Shown here in pieces: positions 28,759 to 38,829 of a stretch of 64,000 nt of DNA. Below the pieces are notes generated by a model that was given only the letters and a program-made list of their open reading frames with translations, was not told where the DNA came from and searched no databases. A program made the translations under genes and the position numbers. The stretch comes from an uncultured bacterium (GTDB lineage Bacteria; Babelota; Babeliae; Babelales; Babelaceae). The stretch spans positions 544,001-608,000 of the forward strand of contig CAVRKK010000002.1 of NCBI GenBank assembly GCA_963722385.1, given 5' to 3'. Position 1 is the stretch's first letter, and each line of letters begins with the position of its first letter.

Positions 28759-31332
28759 TCATGAGGTTCTGCAAGCCTCCTCTTTTCGCTTCTCGGGCTC
28801 TTTTTCTTTAGCTTCTCTTTTCTCAGCTGCCTTAGAGAGCCAATCAACAATATTCTGCTTATTATTTTGAGCAGCTAAATCAATAGGTCTTTTACCAAAT
28901 CTACCTACAGCGTTGATATCAGCGCCATGCTCAACAAGCCATTGAACTACTTCTAAATGTCCATCATAAGCAGCCCTATGGAGAGGCTGCATGCCATCAT
29001 TATCTTGGGCATTGATAGCAGCGCCATGCTCAACAAGCCATTGAACTACTTCTAAATGTCCATCATAAGCAGCCCTATGGAGAGGCTGCATGCCAACATT
29101 ATCTTGGACATTGACAGAAGCGCCCTGTTCAACAAGCCATTGAACTACTTCTATATGCCCGTTATAAGCAGCACCATGGAGAGGTTGCCTGCCAACATTA
29201 TCTTGAGCATTGACAGAAGCGCCCTGTTTAACAAGCCATTGAACTACTTTTAAATGCCCCTTAAAAGCAGCACGATGGAGAGGCTGATTGCCAAAAATAT
29301 CTTGGTCATTGATGGAAGCGTCGTGTTCAACAAGCCATTTGACTACTTCTAAATGCTCCATATAAGCAGCCCAATGGACCGGCTGCATGCCAACATCATC
29401 TTGGGCATTGATAGGAGCACCATGCTCAACAAGCCATTTAACTACTTCTAAATGCCCCTTATAAGCAGCCCAATGGACCGGCTGAAAGCCAACATTATCT
29501 TGGGCATTGACAGAAGCGCCTTGATTAATTAAACTCTCTATTTCAGATAAATGACCAGCTTCAGCAGCGCTCAATAACCTCTCGTTAAGCTCTTGTTGAG
29601 TAAGCTGATTTGGATGATTTTTCTTTTCTTTCTCTTTTTGCTTCTCAGGCTCTTTTTCTTTGCTCTTTCCTTTATCGGCAGCCTTAGAGAGCCAATCAAC
29701 AATATTCTGTTTATTATTTTCAGCAGCTACATCAATAGGTCTTTTACCATCTCTATTTACAGCATTAATATTAGCATCATGCTCCACTAACCATTTGACC
29801 ACTTCTAAATGCCCATTGAGAGCAGCTGAATGGAGAGGAAGCCTGCCAGAATTATCTTGGGCATTGATATCAGCGTCATGCTCAACAAGCCATTTTACTA
29901 CTTCTAAACGCCCTCTTCCGGCAGCGTAATGGAGAGGAAGCTTGCCAGAATTATCTTGGGCATTGATACTAGCGTTATGCTCAACAAGCCATTTTACTAC
30001 TTCTAAATGCCCATTAAAAACAGACCAATGAAGAGGTTGTCTGCCATCATTATCTTGAGCATTGATGGAAGCTTCATGTTCAACAAGATATTTAACTACT
30101 TCTAAATGCCCAAATTGAGCAGCGAGGCGTAGAGGCTGCCAGCCTCGATTATCTTGGGCATTAACATGAGCGCCTTGATTAATTAAACTCTCTATCTCAG
30201 ATAAATGACCAGCTGCAGCAGCATTGCGTAACCTATTATTAAGTTCTTCCTGAGTAGGCTGATTAGAAGATTCCTCTCTTTCCTTTTCTTTTTGCTTCTC
30301 TACCTCATTTTCCGAAATCAGTGACGAACAAACATTATTCTCAGAAAAGAAATGCTGACTTGTTTCTTTCTCAACCTTTTGCTTTTGATCTTCTTGATCA
30401 TTACGATTGGCTCCCTGCCTAATGAGCCATTCAACTTGAGCATGCCCTCTAAGAGCCGCTATACGTACCGGCCTGTTACCATCTCTGTCTCTTGCATTTA
30501 TGTCTGCGCCATGCATAAGAAGCCATTCAAGAGTCGGTATCAAACCTTGATTTACTACATGATGTACAGGCTGATTACCAACAGCATCTCGGAAATTTAC
30601 GTTGGCTCCTTCCGCATAAAATATTTGCGCTTCTTCAAGATCACCACGTAAAAGGGCATTAAGAAGCCTTTGATTGCATTCTTCACTAGAAAGCTTGCCC
30701 ACGCCTGCTTCTCTTTTTATCTGCTTATCAGCGTTTTCTGCTCTTTCATTCTTCTTTGCCGGACTCAACAATAGCAACTGATCACTTATCGATAAAGCGC
30801 TCAGTTGCCCATACAAGTTTCTAGATCGATCTCCACTTGATGAATCATTCACCATGGCAAAAGACATTTCTACTGAATTACCTGGAGAATCAACAAATAA
30901 AGCCAATATATTTTCAGCATCGTAAATAGGCAATATTCCATTATTGTCAGCCAAATCTGGTTGAGCTCCTGCTGCTACGAGATCAAGAATAATTTCTTCA
31001 TATCCAGCTCGGGCCGCTATATGCAACGGTCGCTCCCCCTGGCTATCTTTTATTGGCGCATTCACACCTGCACCATATTCGATAAGAAGCTTTATTATTT
31101 CCCTCTTGCCGCTCTTTATAGCATAATGGATTGGTTGCCAGCCAGCACTATCACATACACTTAAATTAAGCCTATCAGTCAGTTTTTTATAACTCAGAAA
31201 GGTGTTTAAACTTTTCGCATCACCCTTTTCTACATACTCAAAAAGCTTATTCTTTCTCGGTCCTTCCATTCCATAAGCAGGCATAATCAAGAAACAGCCT
31301 ATTAATACTATCAGTTTCACATACTTAATCAT
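28759..31332 (-). CDS. Ankyrin array gene A (857 aa)
   Basis: Signal peptide AYG-ME; capped ANK modules with 4 and 6 internal repeats. Confidence 0.93.
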   Translation of the reverse strand: MIKYVKLIVLIGCFLIMPAYGMEGPRKNKLFEYVEKGDAKSLNTFLSYKKLTDRLNLSVCDSAGWQPIHYAIKSGKREIIKLLIEYGAGVNAPIKDSQGERPLHIAARAGYEEIILDLVAAGAQPDLADNNGILPIYDAENILALFVDSPGNSVEMSFAMVNDSSSGDRSRNLYGQLSALSISDQLLLLSPAKKNERAENADKQIKREAGVGKLSSEECNQRLLNALLRGDLEEAQIFYAEGANVNFRDAVGNQPVHHVVNQGLIPTLEWLLMHGADINARDRDGNRPVRIAALRGHAQVEWLIRQGANRNDQEDQKQKVEKETSQHFFSENNVCSSLISENEVEKQKEKEREESSNQPTQEELNNRLRNAAAAGHLSEIESLINQGAHVNAQDNRGWQPLRLAAQFGHLEVVKYLVEHEASINAQDNDGRQPLHWSVFNGHLEVVKWLVEHNASINAQDNSGKLPLHYAAGRGRLEVVKWLVEHDADINAQDNSGRLPLHSAALNGHLEVVKWLVEHDANINAVNRDGKRPIDVAAENNKQNIVDWLSKAADKGKSKEKEPEKQKEKEKKNHPNQLTQQELNERLLSAAEAGHLSEIESLINQGASVNAQDNVGFQPVHWAAYKGHLEVVKWLVEHGAPINAQDDVGMQPVHWAAYMEHLEVVKWLVEHDASINDQDIFGNQPLHRAAFKGHLKVVQWLVKQGASVNAQDNVGRQPLHGAAYNGHIEVVQWLVEQGASVNVQDNVGMQPLHRAAYDGHLEVVQWLVEHGAAINAQDNDGMQPLHRAAYDGHLEVVQWLVEHGADINAVGRFGKRPIDLAAQNNKQNIVDWLSKAAEKREAKEKEPEKRKEEACRTS

Positions 31333-31552
31333 TATTCTATCTCCCTTACATGTTACAGCTGTTTGTGCAATTCATGCGCGATCCAATATCACACCAACGA
31401 TCAAATAATAGCCTTCGCTTTACCTTCAGATTTGACCAGCCCCATATCTTTAAGTTTAGATAATTCTAGCTGAGCTGTTCTTTTTGCCAATTTTGTTTTC
31501 ATTTGTCGAGCAGTCAATTTACGAAGACCGATCTTTTGCGGTTTCTCAAAAA

Positions 31553-33901
31553 TTATAATCTCTTTCCTTTCTCAGCTGCCTTAGAGAGCCAATCAACAAT
31601 ATTCTGCTTATTATTTGCAACAGCTGCATCAATAGGTCTTAGACCACCTCTATTTACAGCATTGATATCAGCGCCATGCTCCACTAGCCATTTGAATACT
31701 TTTAAATGCCCATCAAGAGCAGCATAATGGAGAGGCTGACTGCCATTATTAGTTTGGGCATTGATGGAAGCACCATGTTCAACAAGATATTTGACTACTT
31801 CTAAATGCCCATACCGAGCAACCCAATGGAGCGGTTGCAAGCCATCATTATCTTGGACATTGATAGGAGCACCATGTTCAACAAGATATTTGACTACTAC
31901 TAAATGCCCTCTCCAAGCAGCATGATGGAGCGGTTGCAAGCCATCATTAATTTGGGCATTGATGACAGCACCATGTTCAACAAGCCATCTGACTACTTCT
32001 AAATGCCCCCGGTAAGCAGCCCAATGAAGAGACTGGCTGCCATTATTATCTTGGGCATTGATGGAAGCACCCTGTTCAAGAAGATATTTGACTACTTCTA
32101 TATGCCCACCCTCAGCAGCATTATGGAGAGGCTGCCTGCCATCATTAGTTTGGGCATTGATGGCAGCACCCTGTTCAACAAGCCATTTGACTACTTCTAA
32201 ATGCCCCCGGTAAGCAGCCCGATGGAGCGGTTGCCTGCCATTATTATCTTGGGCATTAATGGTAGCGTCACGTTCAACAAGATATTTGACTACTTCTATA
32301 TGCCCTCCCTCAGCAGCATTATGGAGAGGCTGCCTGCCATCACTATCTTGGGCATTGATGACAGCGCCCTGTTTAACAAGCCATTGAACTACTTCTAAAT
32401 GCCCATTGAGAGCAGCTGAATGGAGAGGAAGCCTGCCAGTCATAGTTTGGGCATTGATGGCAGCGCCCTGTTCAACAAGCCATTGAACTACTTCTAAATG
32501 CCCTTCTTGAGCAGCCATATAGAGAGGCCGCCTGCCATCACCATCTCGAGCATTGATGGTAGCGCCCTGGTCAACAAGCCATTGAACTACTTCTAAATGC
32601 CCTCCCTCAGCAGCATTATGGAGAGGCTGCCTGCCAGACTTAGTTTGGGCATCGATGGTAGCGCCCTGGTCAACAAGCCATTGAACTACTTCTAAATGCC
32701 CTTCTTGAGCAGCCATATAGAGAGGCCGCCTGCCATCACCATCTCGAGCATTGATGGAAGCACCCTGTTCAAGAAGATATTTGACTACTTCTAAATGCCC
32801 TCCCACAGCAGCATTATGGAGAGGCTGCCTGCCAACATTATCTTGGGCATTGATTGAAGCGCCCTGGTCACAAAGCCATTTGATTACTTCTAAATGCCCT
32901 TCTTGAGCAGCAATATGGAGAGGCTGATAGCCATTATTATTTTGGGCATTAATGGTAGCACCATGTTCAACAAGCAACTGGACAATTTCGAGATGACCCT
33001 CATAAGCAGCTTCGTGCATCGGTTCTCGCCCAGTAGTATCGCGGCTTTCTATCTGAGCGCCATGCTTAATCAGCCAGCCGACAATATCAGTGCATCCTGC
33101 CTGCGCAGCGTGATGCAGAGAAGTTCGACCATTGCTATCTTGAGCGTTAATATCAGCTCCTCCTGCTGCAGCATTCCGTACGCGCTTTATCTTCCCTCGC
33201 TTAATAGCATCGATAAGTACCTCATTTTGTGAAGTCAGTGACAAACAGGTACTATTTTCAGGAAAGGAAGGCTGATTTGTTTCTTTCTCAACCTTTTGCT
33301 CTCGATCTTCTTGATCATTCTTTTTTGCCGAACTCAACAACAGAAACTGATCACTTATCGATAAAGTGCTCACATGCTTACTCAAGTTTATAAGTCTATT
33401 TACCTCTGATGACTCATGCCCCATAGCACAAGAAATGCTTACTGAATTACCTGGAGAATCAACAGATAAAGCCAATATATTTTCAGCATCGTAAATAGGC
33501 AATATTCCATTATTGTCAGCCAAATCTGGTTGCGCTCCTGCTGCTACGAGATCGAGAATAATCTCTTCATTCCCAGCTCGAGCCGCTACATGCAACGGTC
33601 GCTCCCCTTGGCTATCTTTTATTTGCGCATTTACATCTGCTCCATATTTGATAAGAAGCTTTATTATTTCCCTCTTGCCACTCTTTATAGCATGGTGAAT
33701 TGGTTGCCAGCCAGCACTATCATATACACTTAACTTAAGTTTATCTGTCAACTTTTTATAACTCAGAAAAGTGTTTAAACTTTTTACATCGCCCTTTTCT
33801 ACATACTCAAAAAGCTTATTTCTTCTCGGTCCTTCCATTCCATAAGCAGGCATAATCAAGAAACAGCCTATTAATACTATCAGTTTCATATACTTAATCA
33901 T
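31553..33901 (-). CDS. Ankyrin array gene B (782 aa)
   Basis: Same N-terminus; one long module of about 15 internal repeats. Confidence 0.93.
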   Translation of the reverse strand: MIKYMKLIVLIGCFLIMPAYGMEGPRRNKLFEYVEKGDVKSLNTFLSYKKLTDKLKLSVYDSAGWQPIHHAIKSGKREIIKLLIKYGADVNAQIKDSQGERPLHVAARAGNEEIILDLVAAGAQPDLADNNGILPIYDAENILALSVDSPGNSVSISCAMGHESSEVNRLINLSKHVSTLSISDQFLLLSSAKKNDQEDREQKVEKETNQPSFPENSTCLSLTSQNEVLIDAIKRGKIKRVRNAAAGGADINAQDSNGRTSLHHAAQAGCTDIVGWLIKHGAQIESRDTTGREPMHEAAYEGHLEIVQLLVEHGATINAQNNNGYQPLHIAAQEGHLEVIKWLCDQGASINAQDNVGRQPLHNAAVGGHLEVVKYLLEQGASINARDGDGRRPLYMAAQEGHLEVVQWLVDQGATIDAQTKSGRQPLHNAAEGGHLEVVQWLVDQGATINARDGDGRRPLYMAAQEGHLEVVQWLVEQGAAINAQTMTGRLPLHSAALNGHLEVVQWLVKQGAVINAQDSDGRQPLHNAAEGGHIEVVKYLVERDATINAQDNNGRQPLHRAAYRGHLEVVKWLVEQGAAINAQTNDGRQPLHNAAEGGHIEVVKYLLEQGASINAQDNNGSQSLHWAAYRGHLEVVRWLVEHGAVINAQINDGLQPLHHAAWRGHLVVVKYLVEHGAPINVQDNDGLQPLHWVARYGHLEVVKYLVEHGASINAQTNNGSQPLHYAALDGHLKVFKWLVEHGADINAVNRGGLRPIDAAVANNKQNIVDWLSKAAEKGKRL

Positions 33902-34181
33902 TATTCTATCTCCCTTACGTGTTACAGCTGTTTGTGCAATTCATGCGCGATCCAATATCACACCAACAATCAAATAATAGCCTTCGCTTTACCTTCAGAT
34001 TTGACCAGCCCCATATCTTTAAGTTTAGATAATTCTAGCTGAACTGTTCTTTCTGCCAATTTTGTTTTCATTTTTGACATAAGCTGTTGTTGACTTAACG
34101 CCTCTGTTTTTAACGCGTCTAAAATCTTTATTTTTCGAGCAGTCAATTTACGAAGACCGATCTTTTGCGGTTTCTCAAAAA

Positions 34182-37100
34182 TTATAGTCTCTTTCCTTTC
34201 TCAGCTGCCTTAGAGAGCCAATCAACAATATTCTGCTTATTATTTTGAGCAGCTACATCAATAGGTCTTTGACCAAGTCTATTTACAGCGTTAATATCAG
34301 CACCATGCTCAAGAAGCCATTGAACTACTTCTAAATGCCCGTTAAAAGCAGCACCATGGAGAGGCTGATTGCCAACATTATCTTGGGCATTGATAGGAGC
34401 ACCATGCTCAACAAGCCATTCGACTACTTCTAAATACCCGTTAAAAGCAGCACCATGGAGAGGCTGATTGGCAGCCTTATCTTGGGCATTGACAGAAGCG
34501 CCCTCTTTAACAAGCCATTGAACTACTTCTAAATGCCCGTTATAAGCAGCATCATGGAGAGGCTGATTGCCAACATTATCTTGGGCATTAACATGAGCCC
34601 CTCGATTAATTAAACTCTCTATCTCAGATAAATAACCAGCTACAGCAGCGCTCAATAACCTCTCGTTAAGCTCTTGTTGAGTAAGCTGATTTGGATGATT
34701 TTTCTTTTCTTTCTCTTTTTGCTTCTCAGGCTCTTTTTCTTTAGCCGCTCCTTTCTCAGCTGCCTTAGAGAGCCAATCAACAATATTCTGCTTATTATTT
34801 TCAATAGCTACATCAATAGGTCTTTGATCAAATCTATCTACAGCATTAATATCAGCACCATGCTCCACCAACCATTTGACTACTTCTAAATGCCCGTTAT
34901 AAGCAGCCAAATGGAGCGGTTGCCTGCCATCATTAGTTTGAGCATTGATGACAGCACCATGCTCAAGAAGCCATTGAACTACTTCTAAACGTCCAAAGAA
35001 AGCAGCGATATGGAGAGGCTGCCTACCATTATTATCTTGGGCATTGATAGGAGCACCATGCTCAACAAGCCACTCGACTACTTCTAAATGTCCATCAAAA
35101 ACAGCACGATGGAGAGGCTGCCTACCATTATTATCTTGGGCATTGATAGGAGCACCATGGTCAACAAGCCATTCGACTACTTCTAAATGCCCCTTAAAAG
35201 CAGCACCATGGAGAGGCTGATTGCCAACATTATCTTGGGCATCAACTTTAGCGCCTTGATTAATTAAACTCTCTATCTCAGATAAATGACCAGCTACAGC
35301 AGCGCTCAATAACCTCTCGTTAAGCTCTTGTTGAGTAAGCTGATTTGGATGATTTTTCTTTTCTTTCTCTTTTTGCTTCTCAGGCTCTTTTTCTTTGCTC
35401 TTTCCTTTCTCGGCAGCCTTAGAAAGCCAATCAACAATATTCTGCTTATTCTTTTGAGCAGCTACATCAATAGGTCTTTGACCAAGCCTATTTACAGCGT
35501 TAATATCGGCACCATGCTCAACAAGCCATTCGACTACTTCTAAATGCCCCTTAAAAGCAGCACCATGGAGAGGCTGATTGCCAACATTATCTTGGACATT
35601 GACAGAAGCGCTCTGTTCAACAAGCCATTTGACTACTTCTAAATATCCTTCTTGAGCAGCAATATGGAGAGGCTGATAGCCATCACAATCTTGGGCATTA
35701 ACATGAGCCCCTCGATTAATTAAACTCTCTATCTCAGATAAATGACCAGCTAGAGCAGCATTGAGTAACCTATCGTTAAGCTCTTCCTGACTAGGCTGAT
35801 TTGGATAATTTTCTTTTTCTTTTTGCTTTTCAGGCTCTTTTTCTTTAGCCGCTCCTTTCTCAGCTGCCTTAGAGAGCCAATCAACAATATTCTGCTTATT
35901 ATTTTCAATAGCTACATCAATAGGTCTTTGATCAAATCTATCTACAGCATTAATATCAGCACCATGCTCCACCAACCATTTGACTACTTCTAAATGCCCG
36001 TTATAAGCAGCCAAATGGAGCGGTTGCCTGCCATCATTAGTTTGAGCATTCACAGAAGCACCCTGTTTAACAAGCCATTGAACTACTTCTAAATGCCCGT
36101 TATAAGCAGCACCATGGAGAGGCTGATTGCCAGCCTTATCTTGGGCATTGACAGAAGCGCCCTGTTTAACAAGCCATTGAACTACTTCTAAATGCCCCTT
36201 AAAAGCAGCACCATGGAGAGGCTGATTGCCAAAAATATCTTGGTCATTGATAGAAGCATCGTGTTCAACAAGCCATTTAGTTACCTCTAAATGCCCGTTA
36301 TAAGCAGCCAAATGGACCGGCTGCAAGCCAACATTATCTTGGGCATTAACATGAGCCCCTTGATTAATTAAACTCTCTATCTCAGATAAATGACCAGCTA
36401 CAGCAGCGCTCAATAACCTCTCGTTAAGCTCTTTTTCTTCAGCTTCTCTTTTCTCACCAGCTTTAGAAAGCCAATCAACAACATCTCGCTTCCTAGCAGC
36501 TACATCAATAGGTCTTTGACCAAGTCTATTTTCAGCGTTAATATCAGCACCATGCTCAAGAAGCCATTTGACTACCTCTAAGTGGCCAAACCGAGCAGCA
36601 CAATGGAGAGGCTGCCTGCCAACATTAGCTTGGGCATTGATGGAAGCGCCCTGTTCAACAAGCCATTTAGCTACCTCTAAATTGCCGCCCTCAGCAGCAC
36701 AATGGAGAGGCTGATTGCCAAAAATATCTTGGGCATCAACTTTAGCGCCTTGATTAATTAAACTCTCTATCTCAGATAAATGACCAGCTGCAGCAGCATG
36801 GCGTAACCTATTGTTAAGCTCTTTTGGATGATTTTTCTTTTCTTTCTCTTTTTGCTTCTCAGGCTCTTTTTCTTTAGCTTCTCTTTTCTCGGCAGCCTTA
36901 GAGAGCCAATCAACAATATTCTGTTTATTATTTTCAGCAGCTACATCAATAGGCCTTTTACCATCTCTATTTACAGCATTAATATCAGCATCATGCTCCA
37001 CTAACCATTTGACTACTTCTAAATGACCATTGAGAGCAGCTGAATGGAGAGGAAGCCTGCCAGAATTATCTTGGGCATTGATATCAGCGTCATGCTCAAC

Positions 37101-38549
37101 AAGCCATTTTACTACTTCTAAATGCCCTCTTCCGGCAGCGTAATGGAGAGGAAGCTTGCCAGAATTATCTTGGGCATTGATACTAGCGTTATGCTCAACA
37201 AGCCATTTTACTACTTCTAAATGCCCATTAAAAACAGACCAATGAAGAGGTTGTCTGCCATCATTATCTTGAGCATTGATGGAAGCTTCATGTTCAACAA
37301 GATATTTAACTACTTCTAAATGCCCAAATTGAGCAGCAAGGCGTAGAGGCTGCCAGCCTCGATTATCTTGGGCATTAACATGAGCCCCTCGATTAATTAA
37401 ACTCTCTATCTCAGATAAACAGCCAGCTTGAGCCGCGCTCAATAACCTATTATTAAGTTCTTCCTGAGTAGGCTGATTAGAAGATTCCTCTCTTTCCTTT
37501 TCTTTTTGCTTCTCTACCTCATTTTCCGAAATCAGTGACGAATAAACATTATTCTCAGGAAAGAAAGGCTGACTTGTTTCTTTCTCAACCTTTTGCTTTT
37601 GATCTTCTTGATCATTACGATTGGCTCCCTGCCTAATGAGCCATTGTACAACTTGAGCATGCCCTCTAAGAGCCGCTATACGTACCGGCCTGTTACCACC
37701 TCTGTCTCTTGCATTTATGTCTGCGCCATGCATAAGAAGCCATTCAAGAGTCGGCATTAAACCTTGATTTACTATATGATGTACAAGCTGATTACCAACA
37801 GCATCCCGAAAATTTACGTTAGCTCCTTCCGCATAAAATAGTTGCGCTTCTTCAAGATCACCACGTAAAAGGGCATTAAGAAGCCTTTGATTGCATTCTT
37901 CACGAGAAAGCTTGCCGGCTGCTGTTTCTCTTTTTATCTGCTTATCAGCGTTTTCTGCTCTTTCATTCTTCTTTGCCGGACTCAACAATAGCAACTGATC
38001 ACTTATCGATAAAGCGCTCAGTTGCCCATCCAAGTTTCTAGATCGATCTCCACTTGATGAATCATTCACCATGGCAAAAGACATTTCTACTGAATTAGCT
38101 GAAGAATCAACAGATAAAGCCAATATATTTTCAGCATAGTAAATAGGCAATATTCCATTATTGTCAGTCAAATCTGGTTGAGCTCCTGCTGCTACGAGAT
38201 CGAGAATAATCTCTTCATTCCCAGCTCGAGCCGCTACATGCAACGGTCGCTCCCCTTGGCTATCTTTTATTTGCGCATTTACATCTGCTCCATATTTGAT
38301 AAGAAGCTTTATTATTTCCCTCTTGCCACTCTTTATAGCATGGTGAATTGGTTGCCAGCCAGCACTATCATATACACTTAACTTAAGTTTATCTGTCAAC
38401 TTTTTATAACTCAGAAAAGTGTTTAAACTTTTTACATCGCCCTTTTCTACATACTCAAAAAGCTTATTTCTTCTCGGTCCTTCCATTCCATAAGCAGGCA
38501 TAATCAAGAAACAGCCTATTAATACTATCAGTTTCATATACTTAATCAT
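34182..38549 (-). CDS. Ankyrin array gene C (1455 aa)
   Basis: Six capped modules (4,2,4,2,4,3 internal repeats) separated by KE linkers. Confidence 0.93.
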   Translation of the reverse strand: MIKYMKLIVLIGCFLIMPAYGMEGPRRNKLFEYVEKGDVKSLNTFLSYKKLTDKLKLSVYDSAGWQPIHHAIKSGKREIIKLLIKYGADVNAQIKDSQGERPLHVAARAGNEEIILDLVAAGAQPDLTDNNGILPIYYAENILALSVDSSANSVEMSFAMVNDSSSGDRSRNLDGQLSALSISDQLLLLSPAKKNERAENADKQIKRETAAGKLSREECNQRLLNALLRGDLEEAQLFYAEGANVNFRDAVGNQLVHHIVNQGLMPTLEWLLMHGADINARDRGGNRPVRIAALRGHAQVVQWLIRQGANRNDQEDQKQKVEKETSQPFFPENNVYSSLISENEVEKQKEKEREESSNQPTQEELNNRLLSAAQAGCLSEIESLINRGAHVNAQDNRGWQPLRLAAQFGHLEVVKYLVEHEASINAQDNDGRQPLHWSVFNGHLEVVKWLVEHNASINAQDNSGKLPLHYAAGRGHLEVVKWLVEHDADINAQDNSGRLPLHSAALNGHLEVVKWLVEHDADINAVNRDGKRPIDVAAENNKQNIVDWLSKAAEKREAKEKEPEKQKEKEKKNHPKELNNRLRHAAAAGHLSEIESLINQGAKVDAQDIFGNQPLHCAAEGGNLEVAKWLVEQGASINAQANVGRQPLHCAARFGHLEVVKWLLEHGADINAENRLGQRPIDVAARKRDVVDWLSKAGEKREAEEKELNERLLSAAVAGHLSEIESLINQGAHVNAQDNVGLQPVHLAAYNGHLEVTKWLVEHDASINDQDIFGNQPLHGAAFKGHLEVVQWLVKQGASVNAQDKAGNQPLHGAAYNGHLEVVQWLVKQGASVNAQTNDGRQPLHLAAYNGHLEVVKWLVEHGADINAVDRFDQRPIDVAIENNKQNIVDWLSKAAEKGAAKEKEPEKQKEKENYPNQPSQEELNDRLLNAALAGHLSEIESLINRGAHVNAQDCDGYQPLHIAAQEGYLEVVKWLVEQSASVNVQDNVGNQPLHGAAFKGHLEVVEWLVEHGADINAVNRLGQRPIDVAAQKNKQNIVDWLSKAAEKGKSKEKEPEKQKEKEKKNHPNQLTQQELNERLLSAAVAGHLSEIESLINQGAKVDAQDNVGNQPLHGAAFKGHLEVVEWLVDHGAPINAQDNNGRQPLHRAVFDGHLEVVEWLVEHGAPINAQDNNGRQPLHIAAFFGRLEVVQWLLEHGAVINAQTNDGRQPLHLAAYNGHLEVVKWLVEHGADINAVDRFDQRPIDVAIENNKQNIVDWLSKAAEKGAAKEKEPEKQKEKEKKNHPNQLTQQELNERLLSAAVAGYLSEIESLINRGAHVNAQDNVGNQPLHDAAYNGHLEVVQWLVKEGASVNAQDKAANQPLHGAAFNGYLEVVEWLVEHGAPINAQDNVGNQPLHGAAFNGHLEVVQWLLEHGADINAVNRLGQRPIDVAAQNNKQNIVDWLSKAAEKGKRL

Positions 38550-38829
38550 TATTCTATCTCCCTTACGTGTTACAGCTGTTTGTGCAATTCATGCGCGATC
38601 CAATATCACACCAACAATCAAATAATAGCCTTCGCTTTACCTTCAGATTTGACCAGCCCCATATCTTTAAGTTTAGATAATTCTAGCTGAACTGTTCTTT
38701 CTGCCAATTTTGTTTTCATTTTTGACATAAGCTGTTGTTGACTTAACGCCTCTGTTTTTAACGCGTCTAAAATCTTTATTTTTCGAGCAGTCAATTTACG
38801 AAGACCGATCTTTTGCGGTTTCTCAAAAA

